Assembly (NCBI GenBank): GCA_964423995.1
Contig: CAYRGP010000002.1
Location: 1 to 59,095, forward strand
Origin: an uncultured Candidatus Saccharibacteria bacterium
GTDB lineage: Bacteria; Patescibacteriota; Saccharimonadia; Saccharimonadales; Saccharimonadaceae
Direction: 5' to 3'
Length of the DNA stretch: 59,095 nt
Shown: one piece after another, positions 7,889 to 17,841 of the stretch
How positions within the stretch are numbered: position 1 is the stretch's first letter
Layout: each line of letters opens with the position of its first letter
Notes under the pieces: model-generated
Seen by the model: only the letters and a program-made list of their open reading frames with translations
What the model was told of the DNA's origin: nothing
Database searches by the model: none
Translations under genes and position numbers: made by a program

Positions 7889-10807
7889 ATGAAACTGCGA
7901 AAACCCAGTCTACAGAGAACATTTTTAGTGTCCATCTTTGGCTTACTTTTTGCATTTTTCTTATGCTTTGTCAACCATGGCTCTGTCGCAGCTAAACCCC
8001 TCGACGCACCCCTGAAAACTACCCCTGATGCTGTCAACAGTCTGACTATTCTCGCCGACATCAACGACGAGGAAGACGAAGAAGAAAAGACAGAAGAGGA
8101 AACCCCCGAAACCTGTTATGACCAAGTCAAAGGTATCGGTTGGCTCGTCTGTCCAACCACCGGCGTTCTCGCTCAAGCCGTCGACGCCATCTACGCTGCC
8201 ATCGAAGATATGCTCGTAGTCCAACCCGTCTCTGCCAATGAAGAATCCCCGATTTTTATCGTCTGGCAATACGTCCGCGACCTCACCAACATCGTCTTTA
8301 TCATCTTGATTCTCATCGTCATTTACTCCCAGCTTACCGGCATCGGCTACGACAATTACAACATCAAAAAAATTCTCCCGAAACTCATCATCACCGCCAT
8401 CTTAATCAACCTCAGTTTCATCATCTGCTCCGCCCTCGTCGACACTTCTAATATTCTCGGCGCCTCGCTCCGCGGATTCTTTGAGGGCGTAGAGAGCCAA
8501 ATCAATGTCGAAAGCGACATGGTCTCCTGGGGTATGCTAGCTGGGGTACTTACCGGCGGCACCGCCGTCGCTGGCCTTGCCATCTCCGCCGCCGGCGGTA
8601 TCAGCGCCTTTATTTGGATGCTCATCCCGACTCTCCTGACCGCCTTCCTCTCTGTTGTAGTCGGCCTTATCACTATCGCCATGCGTCAGGCCGTCATCGC
8701 CCTCCTCATTATGATTGCTCCTCTAGCCTTTGTCTGCTACATGCTCCCGAACACCAACAAATGGTTCTCCAAATGGCGCGACATTCTCGCCGCCATGTTG
8801 ATTTTCTTCCCAATGTTTAGCCTCCTCTTCGGCGCCTCCCACCTCGCCGGTTGGGCGCTCATCGCTAAAGCCCAGCAAGACAATTCCTATTTCACCCTCA
8901 TTCTCGGTATGGCCGTCCAAGTCATCCCGCTCTTCCTCTGTGTGCCAATGATGAAAATGTCCGGCAGTATCCTCGGCCAAGTCAGCAATAAACTCTCTGG
9001 CATTACGAACGGCCTCAGCGGCAAAATGCAATCTGAGGCCGCCGAGCGCCGCGCCGCCGCCCGCGCCCGCAAACTTGCCGAAGCCTCCACTAAAAAATTC
9101 AATCCAATTTCTGGCGCCTCCTGGGCCGCCTACGCTGAGCGCCAAAAAGCTCTCCGCGCCATCTCTCAAGCTAAAAACGAACAACGCACCAAAGATGTCG
9201 CCAACCTCTACGCCAATGCTCGCCGCAGCGGTCGTCGTATCACTGGTTGGGACGAGAACGGCCGGCCAATTTACGCCAAACGTCGCCTCCGCGATGAAAA
9301 CGGCCAAATCGTCCGCGATGACCAAGGTCGCGCTCTTACTACCGACGCCGTCAAATCCAATCGCGATATGCTCGAAGAATACAAGAACCGCGAAATGTCT
9401 CTCGCTACCGAGGCCGACAACCTGAAATTCAATAACGCCATGAGTAATGTCGAGGCCTATATGCGTGCCAACCAAGCCACTCAAAATTCGAGAACCGACA
9501 GAGCTATCGCCAAACTCTCTAAAGGCCAGGCCCAGAATTACCTCGACTTCCGCACTCAGCAATCTGCCAAAGCCCGTAATGATCGCTCCGACCAACGCTT
9601 CTATTTTGACAGCGTCCGCGACGCTTCCAAACTGACCGAAAATAGCCAAGCTTACCGCAATCTCATCGAGAATGGTGCTGGCGCCGATGCCTTCGACAAA
9701 GATGCTACCATCAAACAGAACGCGCTCTCTACCGTTATCGCCGATTCTTATGACGCCTATGAAAAGGAGCGTGCCGTCACCTCTCAACGCTATTCCACCC
9801 TCTTCGACAAGCAAGTCACGAAGAACGTCCTTTCTCAGTATAAAGATGCTCTCCGCGCTAACAACATCGATGCTGTCACCGCCGCCCAGAATACGCTCGT
9901 CAAACGTGGCGACCTCGATAAAGTCAGTAATTACCTCCGTAACTTCATGGACCAAACCGGCGATTATGCCGATCTCGACCCAGACAAGAAACTAAAACTC
10001 GGCAGTGACTTCGCCAACACCCTCGCTCTCAACTTACTAGGTATGAAGAACGCCGACCCGTTGCTCGGCCGTCTCGGTAAATCCATCAATATGGAAACCT
10101 GGAAGGCCACAAACAACGAACGCGGCAGCGAATACATGACCTTCGAGGATTACGTCTTCGGTGGTGACGCCACTCGCTCAAACAACAAAGCCCGTACCTC
10201 TATGGGCGAACTCATGAAGGGTACTGGCATTAAAGACGCCGATCGCACCTTCTTTAACGACATCATCGACACGACCTCGGCTTACAATTTCGACGAACAA
10301 CAGTACACAAAACTTATTAATGGTATGTTACCACAGTTCATCTCCGGTATCCCGTCCTATGAATCTGGCGGCGAACAAATCCTCGGCTCCATGAAAGTCC
10401 TAACCGGTATGCAGAAAAAGAACGACCAATGGGTCATTGGTACCGATTCGAACAACAAACCTCTTCAGATTCACACTGAACTTATTCATAAGTATATCGC
10501 CGGTATGACCGATAAAGACCTCAATTCCTTCAAGTCAGACGCCTTCGAAGCTATCTGTGAAGCTATCGCCCAAGCCGAAGGTACGACTTGCTATAAAGTC
10601 GACCCACAGACTGGCAAAGCCAGCTTTGTTGGCGACAATCTTCCGAATATCGTCACTACCAGACTCCGCGAATACGTCAACGACGATATGCTAGCTACCA
10701 TCCAGAACAACGTCAACCAAGGTACCAACGTTGGTATGAAACCGAAGATTATGCGCGCCTTCGGTATCAAAGTACCAGATACTCTTCCGGGCAACCCGAA
10801 CAACTAG
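7889..10807 (+). CDS. VirB6/TrbL-like polytopic T4SS membrane protein with long helical C-terminal extension
   Basis: 972 aa; several TM segments in the N-terminal half (LPKLIITAILINLSF, RQAVIALLIMIAPLAF..LPNT.KWF.KW); position between pilins and PrgI/VirB4. Confidence 0.75.
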   Translation: MKLRKPSLQRTFLVSIFGLLFAFFLCFVNHGSVAAKPLDAPLKTTPDAVNSLTILADINDEEDEEEKTEEETPETCYDQVKGIGWLVCPTTGVLAQAVDAIYAAIEDMLVVQPVSANEESPIFIVWQYVRDLTNIVFIILILIVIYSQLTGIGYDNYNIKKILPKLIITAILINLSFIICSALVDTSNILGASLRGFFEGVESQINVESDMVSWGMLAGVLTGGTAVAGLAISAAGGISAFIWMLIPTLLTAFLSVVVGLITIAMRQAVIALLIMIAPLAFVCYMLPNTNKWFSKWRDILAAMLIFFPMFSLLFGASHLAGWALIAKAQQDNSYFTLILGMAVQVIPLFLCVPMMKMSGSILGQVSNKLSGITNGLSGKMQSEAAERRAAARARKLAEASTKKFNPISGASWAAYAERQKALRAISQAKNEQRTKDVANLYANARRSGRRITGWDENGRPIYAKRRLRDENGQIVRDDQGRALTTDAVKSNRDMLEEYKNREMSLATEADNLKFNNAMSNVEAYMRANQATQNSRTDRAIAKLSKGQAQNYLDFRTQQSAKARNDRSDQRFYFDSVRDASKLTENSQAYRNLIENGAGADAFDKDATIKQNALSTVIADSYDAYEKERAVTSQRYSTLFDKQVTKNVLSQYKDALRANNIDAVTAAQNTLVKRGDLDKVSNYLRNFMDQTGDYADLDPDKKLKLGSDFANTLALNLLGMKNADPLLGRLGKSINMETWKATNNERGSEYMTFEDYVFGGDATRSNNKARTSMGELMKGTGIKDADRTFFNDIIDTTSAYNFDEQQYTKLINGMLPQFISGIPSYESGGEQILGSMKVLTGMQKKNDQWVIGTDSNNKPLQIHTELIHKYIAGMTDKDLNSFKSDAFEAICEAIAQAEGTTCYKVDPQTGKASFVGDNLPNIVTTRLREYVNDDMLATIQNNVNQGTNVGMKPKIMRAFGIKVPDTLPGNPNN

Positions 10808-10897
10808 TACCTTATTCATCTCTTTACAAACTACAATTTTTATGATAAAATATACATAGGTCTAGATTTTTTATAGTACATTAAAAGGAGGTAGGGA

Positions 10898-11287
10898 ATG
10901 AGTATATTATCAGAAATCATCATCGCAATACCCATCATTATGTTAATCGTTTTCGGCTTAATAATTTCCTGCAGTTCTACTGCCAATCGCCATGACCAGT
11001 CAACACCGTTACCCGAAGAGGATAATAAACGCCTCAGGGAGCGCAGCATCCAAGTTGGTATGCTTGCTCTATCAGTCCTGAAATATTTTGGGACCAAGTA
11101 CCAAGACACCGATGAACATGGTCACACCTACGAATACTTAGAGTATGAGGATGACAATTTTCACATTGGCAGAAGTTACCTCTCCATTACCACGACCGGA
11201 GAATACGTCTTTGACATTAAAGCAGGGAAAATCATCCAAGATGGACCCTGGGTAGAAAAATTCCTCAGCACCTATTCAAAAATCTAG
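10898..11287 (+). CDS. Hypothetical membrane-anchored protein inserted in the T4SS locus
   Basis: AGGAGG RBS, N-terminal TM helix, own downstream terminator. Confidence 0.7.
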   Translation: MSILSEIIIAIPIIMLIVFGLIISCSSTANRHDQSTPLPEEDNKRLRERSIQVGMLALSVLKYFGTKYQDTDEHGHTYEYLEYEDDNFHIGRSYLSITTTGEYVFDIKAGKIIQDGPWVEKFLSTYSKI

Positions 11288-11293
11288 CACTAC

Positions 11294-11317
11294 GCGCCGG
11301 TTCTTCCGGCGCTTTTT
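11294..11317 (+). terminator. Intrinsic terminator
   Basis: gcgccgg-ttctt-ccggcgc-ttttt. Confidence 0.8.
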
Positions 11318-11363
11318 CTTGGCTTTATCGCCAAAATTGAGTATCATATGTTATAATTATTAC

Positions 11364-12446
11364 ATGGCACAATATAAGGTCCCACAGGACGTTGAGGCCG
11401 ATGATAAACTGTTAGGTCCGTTTACCTTTCGCCAGTTCGTCTATCTTATGGTTATGGGCGGGATGATCGCTCTTGCTGTTGCTCTGTTCCAAATTTTCCC
11501 CTTCTTAGCTATTTTGCCACTTCCTATTGCTATTTTCTTTGCCGTCCTCGCTCTTCCTCTGAAAAAGGATCAGCCGATGGAAACTTATCTCGCCGCCGTT
11601 GTTTCTTATCATTTAAAGCCCCACAAACGTTTCTGGAATCCCGGCCAACGCGAATCTACCATTGAAATCACCGCGCCCAAAGTCGTTGAACAACCCCGTA
11701 CTCGCAATATCACTGGCGAGGAGGCCTCCACTCGGCTTTCTTTCCTCGCTAATGTCGTCGACACAGAGGGGAACAGCTTGCGTAGTTCTGCTCCAGCCCA
11801 GCCGATGCAGCCGACTTTCTACACCGAAAATATTTCCGCTCCAGATATTTTAGACGTTACTCCTCCAGACCAACTCACTCAAATCATGACCAATAACCAG
11901 AACGCCCAGCGTGCCGAAATCGTTAATCAGATGCGTGCTACTTTTGCTACTCAGAATAACCCCGGTTCCGCTGGTTATATTCCTGCCCAACCTGTCCCAG
12001 CCCAGCCGAACTTAGTCCAATCCACTTTCGCACAGGCTGTCCCGGCCCAACCTACCCCACCGGCTCAGCCTACTCCGCCGGCTCAGCCCATAGCTACAAC
12101 GGCTCCGACTATACCCGCACAGTCCATTCCCGCCGTCCCGCCTCAGCCCGCAATAGCCCAAACTCCTATCCAAGAAATGTTTATCTCCCCAGAGCCGGCT
12201 CCAGAGCCAATGCCAACGCCGGCCCAGCCCAACACCGCCTTACCGACTCCGGAAGAGCTCGCCGCTGCCCAGCCCCTCAAATCCCCAGTAGTGGTTGCTC
12301 CCGACCTTGCCACCATGCGCCGCGCCGCCGAAAATCAGGCCCGTCTCACCGAGCTCGCCAAAAATAAAGTTTTTTCTGTTGCTACTATCGCCAAAGAGGC
12401 TAATCGTATTAAAAAAGATGATGAAGTATACATATCATTACATTAA
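11364..12446 (+). CDS. PrgI family (VirB3-like) protein with Pro/Gln-rich PAQP tail
   Basis: MAQYKVPQDVEADDKLLGPFTFRQF, two TM helices, many PAQP repeats; start ATG 11364 after TGTTATAAT. Confidence 0.85.
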   Translation: MAQYKVPQDVEADDKLLGPFTFRQFVYLMVMGGMIALAVALFQIFPFLAILPLPIAIFFAVLALPLKKDQPMETYLAAVVSYHLKPHKRFWNPGQRESTIEITAPKVVEQPRTRNITGEEASTRLSFLANVVDTEGNSLRSSAPAQPMQPTFYTENISAPDILDVTPPDQLTQIMTNNQNAQRAEIVNQMRATFATQNNPGSAGYIPAQPVPAQPNLVQSTFAQAVPAQPTPPAQPTPPAQPIATTAPTIPAQSIPAVPPQPAIAQTPIQEMFISPEPAPEPMPTPAQPNTALPTPEELAAAQPLKSPVVVAPDLATMRRAAENQARLTELAKNKVFSVATIAKEANRIKKDDEVYISLH

Positions 12447-12464
12447 GGAGTAAAAGGAGAAAAG

Positions 12465-13298
12465 ATGAATCCAAACAATCAAAATCAACCTATGCCGGTC
12501 CAGCCCATGCCGAGTCAGGCCCAACCAGCCCCAGATGGCGTCGTGGCCCAGCCGGTTCCCGCTACGGCTTATAACCAACCAAACCCTGCTCTAGCTCAGG
12601 CCACCCCCGACCTCCCTATTTCCACCCAATCTACTCTTCTTATCTCCGAACTTCGCGATAGTCTCGTCATTATGAAAGACGGTTCCTTCCGCGCCGTCAT
12701 CGCCTGTCAATCCATCAACTACGACCTCATGTCTGAAATGGAAAGAGATGGCGTCGAATACTCCTATCAACAATTCATCAATTCTCTGAACTTCACCACT
12801 CAAATCCTCGTTCGCTCCCAGCGCGTCGACATCGGTCCTTATATCGAACGCCTTGCCAAAATCCGCCAGAACAACGACAATATGCTCCTTGGTGTCCTCA
12901 TGGATGATTACATTGATTTCATCGACGCACTTTCCCAAGAAGCCAATATTATGGATAAGTCTTTCTTTATCATCATCCCTTATTATCCCGATCCTAACGC
13001 CGAAAAAGTCCTCCAGCAGACCAAAAATTTCTTCAAATCTTTCAGCCGCGCTAAGGACCCCGGCGTCACTAAAATCGACCGCAACACCTACGATGCCGCC
13101 GTTAAAGAAATAAACAACCGCGTCGAGTCTGTCATGAACGGCCTCTACAATATCGGTATTCATTCCGTCCGTCTCAACACTCGCGAGCTCGCTAGCCTTT
13201 ATTATAACTTCAATAACCCCGACACCGCCGTCCGGGAGCCTCTAGTAGATTTTAATCAAGTTGCCACAACTTACGTCAAGAAAGGAGAACGAAAATGA
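12465..13298 (+). CDS. TraC-like T4SS component resembling a VirB4 N-terminal domain
   Basis: STQSTLLISELRDSLVIMKDGSFRAVI..SINYDL..FINSLNFTTQILVRS; overlaps the ATPase start (ATGA). Confidence 0.7.
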   Translation: MNPNNQNQPMPVQPMPSQAQPAPDGVVAQPVPATAYNQPNPALAQATPDLPISTQSTLLISELRDSLVIMKDGSFRAVIACQSINYDLMSEMERDGVEYSYQQFINSLNFTTQILVRSQRVDIGPYIERLAKIRQNNDNMLLGVLMDDYIDFIDALSQEANIMDKSFFIIIPYYPDPNAEKVLQQTKNFFKSFSRAKDPGVTKIDRNTYDAAVKEINNRVESVMNGLYNIGIHSVRLNTRELASLYYNFNNPDTAVREPLVDFNQVATTYVKKGERK

Positions 13299-15121
13299 GT
13301 AAAAGAAAACAACAAAAAGCCGCTCTGAAAACTTCTCAGATGCAAAATGCAGCTGAGCTAGAAATCCAGCGCGCTTTTGAACAGGGCATTACCACTCTCC
13401 GCGACCTTATCTCCCCCTCTAGCATCGAAATTCATGCCAGCTACTTCCGTCTCGGGACTAAATACGGCCGTACTCTCTATGTCTACGGTTATCCTCGCTC
13501 TCTCTACACCGGTTGGCTCTCTCCTATTATTAATATTGATGAAGTTCTCGATATTTCCATGTATATCTATCCAGTCGATACCGCCATCGTCATGAAAAAT
13601 CTCCAGAAAAAAGTCACTCAGCTCGAGGCTTCCATTGCCGTCAACTCCGAGAAAGGTCGTATTCGCGACCCAGAGCTCGAGGCCGCCATCGGCGACGCCG
13701 AGGAGCTTCGCGATGACCTCCAGGTCGGCCGTGAAAAATTCTTCCGTTTTGGTCTCTATGTTACCCTTTGGGCCGATTCTTTGGACGAATTAAATTTCGT
13801 CCAAAGAAAAATCGAGACTATCTTTGGTCAACAAATGATTTTCAGTAAAGTTGCCAGCTCTCAACAAGAGCAGGGCATGAATAGCACACTCCCAGAATGT
13901 ACCGATCAGCTCCAAATCCGTCGCAATATGAATACCGGCGCCATTTCCACCTCTTTCCCCTTCACTTCCGCTGACCTTACTCAGGAAAAAGGTATTCTCT
14001 ACGGCATCAATATGCACAACACTGGCCTCGTCATCTTCGACCGTTTCACTCTTGAAAATGCCAATATGGTCGTCTTTGCAAAATCTGGTGCCGGCAAATC
14101 CTTTGCCGTCAAACTTGAAGCTCTTCGCTCCATGATGATTGGCTCCGAAATTCTGATTATCGACCCTGAAAACGAGTACCAAAAGCTCTGCGACGCCGTC
14201 GGCGGTAGTTACATCCGCCTCAGTCTGAACTCCGACGTCCGCATCAATCCATTTGACTTACCTAAAGTCGTCGACAGTGAAGACGCGAACGATGCTCTTC
14301 GTGCCAATCTCGTAACTTTGCATGGTCTTTTCCGTCTCATGCTTGGCAGCTCTCAAATCGGGCCAAATGGCCAACTCCTTCCTGCACTCTCCGCTGCCGA
14401 AGAAGCCGATCTCGACCAAGCCCTCATCGATACTTACGCCCGCGCCGGCATCACTTCCGACCCGCTCACTCACCAATCTACTCCGCCAACCATCCTCAAT
14501 CTCTACGATACCCTTCTTCATATGGGCGGCTCTGGTCCAGCTCTCGCCCAACGTCTCAAAAAGTACACCACTGGTACTTTTGCCGGCATTTTCTCTCAAC
14601 AATCGAACATCGACATTAACAACCAAATGGTCGTCTTCAATATTCGCGACCTAGAAGACCAGCTCCGCCCGGTTGCGATGTATATTGTGCTTTCTCACAT
14701 CTGGAATATCATCCGCGCCAACCAGAAACGTCGCATCCTCATCGTCGATGAGGCTTGGCAGCTCATGGACCATGAAGATTCTGCAAACTTCCTCTTCTCT
14801 CTCGCTAAGCGCGCACGCAAATACTATCTCGGTCTCACCACTGTCACCCAGGACGTTGAAGATTTCATGGCCTCCAAAATGGGCCGCGCCATCGTTGCCA
14901 ACTCTTCCATGCAACTCCTCTTAAAACAAAACCCGTCCGCCGTCGATGTTCTCTCTGATGTCTTCAAACTCACCGAACAAGAGAAGAAACTTCTCGCCAA
15001 CTTCCCAGTCGGCAATGGCCTCTTCTTCGCCGGCCAAAATCACGTCCACATCCAAGTCATCGCCTCCGACACCGAAACCTCTTTAATTACGACCAATCCA
15101 AGCGACAAGACACCCCGTTAA
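13295..15121 (+). CDS. virB4: VirB4-family T4SS ATPase
   Basis: Walker A AKSGAGKS, IIDPENEY, Walker B LIVDEAW, KRARKY..VTQDVEDF. Confidence 0.92.
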   Translation: MSKRKQQKAALKTSQMQNAAELEIQRAFEQGITTLRDLISPSSIEIHASYFRLGTKYGRTLYVYGYPRSLYTGWLSPIINIDEVLDISMYIYPVDTAIVMKNLQKKVTQLEASIAVNSEKGRIRDPELEAAIGDAEELRDDLQVGREKFFRFGLYVTLWADSLDELNFVQRKIETIFGQQMIFSKVASSQQEQGMNSTLPECTDQLQIRRNMNTGAISTSFPFTSADLTQEKGILYGINMHNTGLVIFDRFTLENANMVVFAKSGAGKSFAVKLEALRSMMIGSEILIIDPENEYQKLCDAVGGSYIRLSLNSDVRINPFDLPKVVDSEDANDALRANLVTLHGLFRLMLGSSQIGPNGQLLPALSAAEEADLDQALIDTYARAGITSDPLTHQSTPPTILNLYDTLLHMGGSGPALAQRLKKYTTGTFAGIFSQQSNIDINNQMVVFNIRDLEDQLRPVAMYIVLSHIWNIIRANQKRRILIVDEAWQLMDHEDSANFLFSLAKRARKYYLGLTTVTQDVEDFMASKMGRAIVANSSMQLLLKQNPSAVDVLSDVFKLTEQEKKLLANFPVGNGLFFAGQNHVHIQVIASDTETSLITTNPSDKTPR

Positions 15122-15162
15122 TTTCTAGACTTTTCCCCTTAAAAATGTTATAATTACTCTGT

Positions 15163-17841
15163 ATGGACAACAGTGAAGGTCAGGGTTCTAGCCAAGCTTT
15201 TTTCCGTAGTTTTGAGAGCAGTGCTTTGAGCGGCCAAACTTTTTATACTGGCGGCCAAGCCAAACCTCCGAAACATCGCTGGAGCCTGAAAAAAACTGCC
15301 CCTCTCGCCGCTATTATTGGCGCCCTTGCGAGCTGTATTTTTGTGATTTTTGGCTCATCTTCTCTCCTTGGTGCCCACCTTGAGGCCCTCTATACTGAGG
15401 CTACCGACACTCAATATACCAGCAACACTCTGCGCAGTACTCGTCTCTTTTCCCATATGTTGACCGGCGGTGATCAAATTTCCACTTCTTGGTCCGGCGC
15501 CAGAAAGTATAAAACTTTCTCTCCTTGGCTCAAATCTCGCCTAGAGAGTAATGGCATCAAAGTCGAAAGCGGCGCTCTTGAGTTCAAGGGCCAGACTATC
15601 TCCGCTGATGATTTTGCCAAAACCTATCGCGACAACGTTGAATTTCGTGAGGCTTATTCTAAGTCTAAACGGGGAAGAGTCGCTGGATTTTTCGACGACA
15701 CTGCCGAGCGTATTTATCAAAAATTAGGACTCTCTCGGAATATCTTTGAGGACTTTAAACAATCTGGCGATGCCGATACTGACGATACTAAATACAACCA
15801 AACCATGTCTGAGCAATTCAAAACCGACGAACTCGATGTCTCGACGCACACCGTTGACGAAGAAACCGTTACCGACGAAAACGGCAACCCTAAATTAGAC
15901 GAAAATGGAAAACCTATCACCACTAAATCCGAGGTCGCCTCGTCCGACTCGCCAAAATCCACCACTGGCGGCTCCCCGACCGAAAAGGCCAACGCCTACC
16001 TGAACAAAGCCACCGCCGCCGTCTCATCCGTCTGTGGCGCTCTTAAAATTGGTTCTCTCCTAGCCACTACTATTTCCGCCGTCGAGACTTACAGTACCAT
16101 TCATTACTTTATGAATATCATGGAAACTCCCAGTAAAACTAAGTATGGCTATGGCGATGCCGCCGCCACCAACCAAGTCAACAATTTCTTCACCAAATCT
16201 GTCACCACTGAATACCCAGACCCCGAAACCGGCGAGATGGTTACTATTACCGGCTCTCCACTCGAAGGCGAAAACGAGCGCGTGATTCTCGGCGGCGTCC
16301 AACCGAACTTAGAAAAAGCGAATCGCTATTCTCTAAACCGTCTTTCTAAGGTTCTCGGCACCACCATGGCGACTTATGGCGCCACCGCCGTCTCCTGCTC
16401 TATGGCCAATGCTGCTAATGCCGCTCTTTCTCTTGCTACTCTCGCCGTCCCCGGTGGAGGATTCATCAAACTCACCACCTCTCTATTGCTAGATACCGCT
16501 ATTAAAGTCGGCGCCCAACTCGCCGTCACCGCCGCTTTGAAGTTTCTCGTACCTACCATCGCCACCACGCTCTTTGAAAATCATTTTGAATCTCTCTCCG
16601 GCATCCCGGCCGGCGAAGTCTTCGGCAAAGGTGCCGCTGCCGCCAATACTCAGCTCGCCGCTCGCGGTTCCGGCCAATCTGGTGCCTCCGAAGAACAACT
16701 CTCCGCCTACTCTCGCGAAACCGCCGAAGTTATTGCCCTTGACGCCGAAATAGACCGCCGAAACCTCTCTCCTTTTGATGCCACCAATAAAAACACCTTC
16801 CTCGGCTCTATCGTTAATTCCGCTCTCAGTTTCGCCACGACGAGCGGACTCTTCGGCCCGCTCTCTACCATCAGTAATCTCACTAGTACCTCTATCGCCA
16901 AACTTTCCGGCACTACTTATGCCGACTCCGGTCTACGCTACTTTGACTTCTATGGTGTTTGCCCAGAGTTAGACGAAATTGGTGTCAAAGGCGACATCTA
17001 CTGCAATCGCATCACTTCATCCGACCTCTCCACCATCGACCTCTCCCCAGACGACGAGACCTTCGCAAGCGTCTTGGAACCAAATCTCGAAATCGATTCA
17101 AACGGCAATGAAAAAATCAAAGATGGCTCTAGGCTCGCTAAGTACATCAATTTCTGTTCCGAACGCGATTCGCCTTGGGGCGTCTACGATGCTTCCATCG
17201 CCTCCGCCTTCGAGACCAGCCTTGGCCCGCTCGACGCTGTGCCATACATTGAAGATGCTGTAGCTATTGCTAACGCCTTCGAAGATTTAAATCCCGAAGT
17301 CGAGCTCTGGGCTCGTGGCACTATTTGTAATAATACTAGCAAAAACCCTTATTGGGAAACTGAGATGAAGTACTATCAACGTTACTTAGAGGATAATCGC
17401 ATCCTCAGTCAATTTGGTGTTTTCAAAGATTCTACCGATCCAGTTTTAGCTTACAAAGCTCATTACGAAGAGACTCACCCCACCGACAATTCCAAAGCCG
17501 GCATCCTCGCTCACATTACCGGCAGCCCCAAATCCGACATCGAAGAAATGCTCGCCGTCATCGACTACTACACCCTCCTCGCCGACTACCACCCCGAGAC
17601 TCGCTATGTATTTACTAGCGGCTCAGAAGAAGTGGGGGAGGGTTCCTCAGACGGGAGATTATCTCGCCCTTGGAAATTACAACGCTCGGTCGGACCCTCG
17701 CCGAAATTCCGCTTCGCTACAGTTTCGGACTCGGGCCCGCGAGCGTTGATAATTTCTCGGGGAGAAATCTCTTTATTGTCTGAGGAACCCTCCCCCACTT
17801 CTTCTTTGTCGTCTCGCAAAGAACAGGAGATCACCGCATGA
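15163..17841 (+). CDS. Large T4SS-associated membrane protein of unknown function; C-terminus encoded by a palindromic element
   Basis: 892-aa ORF with an N-terminal TM, an Ala/Gly-rich hydrophobic centre and several Cys; ATGA overlap with the hydrolase gene. Confidence 0.8.
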   Translation: MDNSEGQGSSQAFFRSFESSALSGQTFYTGGQAKPPKHRWSLKKTAPLAAIIGALASCIFVIFGSSSLLGAHLEALYTEATDTQYTSNTLRSTRLFSHMLTGGDQISTSWSGARKYKTFSPWLKSRLESNGIKVESGALEFKGQTISADDFAKTYRDNVEFREAYSKSKRGRVAGFFDDTAERIYQKLGLSRNIFEDFKQSGDADTDDTKYNQTMSEQFKTDELDVSTHTVDEETVTDENGNPKLDENGKPITTKSEVASSDSPKSTTGGSPTEKANAYLNKATAAVSSVCGALKIGSLLATTISAVETYSTIHYFMNIMETPSKTKYGYGDAAATNQVNNFFTKSVTTEYPDPETGEMVTITGSPLEGENERVILGGVQPNLEKANRYSLNRLSKVLGTTMATYGATAVSCSMANAANAALSLATLAVPGGGFIKLTTSLLLDTAIKVGAQLAVTAALKFLVPTIATTLFENHFESLSGIPAGEVFGKGAAAANTQLAARGSGQSGASEEQLSAYSRETAEVIALDAEIDRRNLSPFDATNKNTFLGSIVNSALSFATTSGLFGPLSTISNLTSTSIAKLSGTTYADSGLRYFDFYGVCPELDEIGVKGDIYCNRITSSDLSTIDLSPDDETFASVLEPNLEIDSNGNEKIKDGSRLAKYINFCSERDSPWGVYDASIASAFETSLGPLDAVPYIEDAVAIANAFEDLNPEVELWARGTICNNTSKNPYWETEMKYYQRYLEDNRILSQFGVFKDSTDPVLAYKAHYEETHPTDNSKAGILAHITGSPKSDIEEMLAVIDYYTLLADYHPETRYVFTSGSEEVGEGSSDGRLSRPWKLQRSVGPSPKFRFATVSDSGPRALIISRGEISLLSEEPSPTSSLSSRKEQEITA
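17625..17805. mobile_element. 181-bp palindromic MITE/REP-like element with perfect 28-bp terminal inverted repeats, in frame in a CDS
   Basis: agaagaagtgggggagggttcctcagac (17625-17652) is the exact reverse complement of gtctgaggaaccctcccccacttcttct (17778-17805). Nested inner arms: gagatt/aatctc, gaaatta/taatttc, caacgctcg/cgagcgttg, ccgaaa/tttcgg. Mobility is inferred. Confidence 0.7.

Noticed and set aside
8723-9955. 410-aa minus-strand ORF
   Set aside because: Antisense to the VirB6-like gene; explained by codon bias, with no motifs or RBS.
17604-17834. 76-aa antisense ORF over the palindrome
   Set aside because: A by-product of the palindrome's symmetry; no independent promoter or RBS seen.
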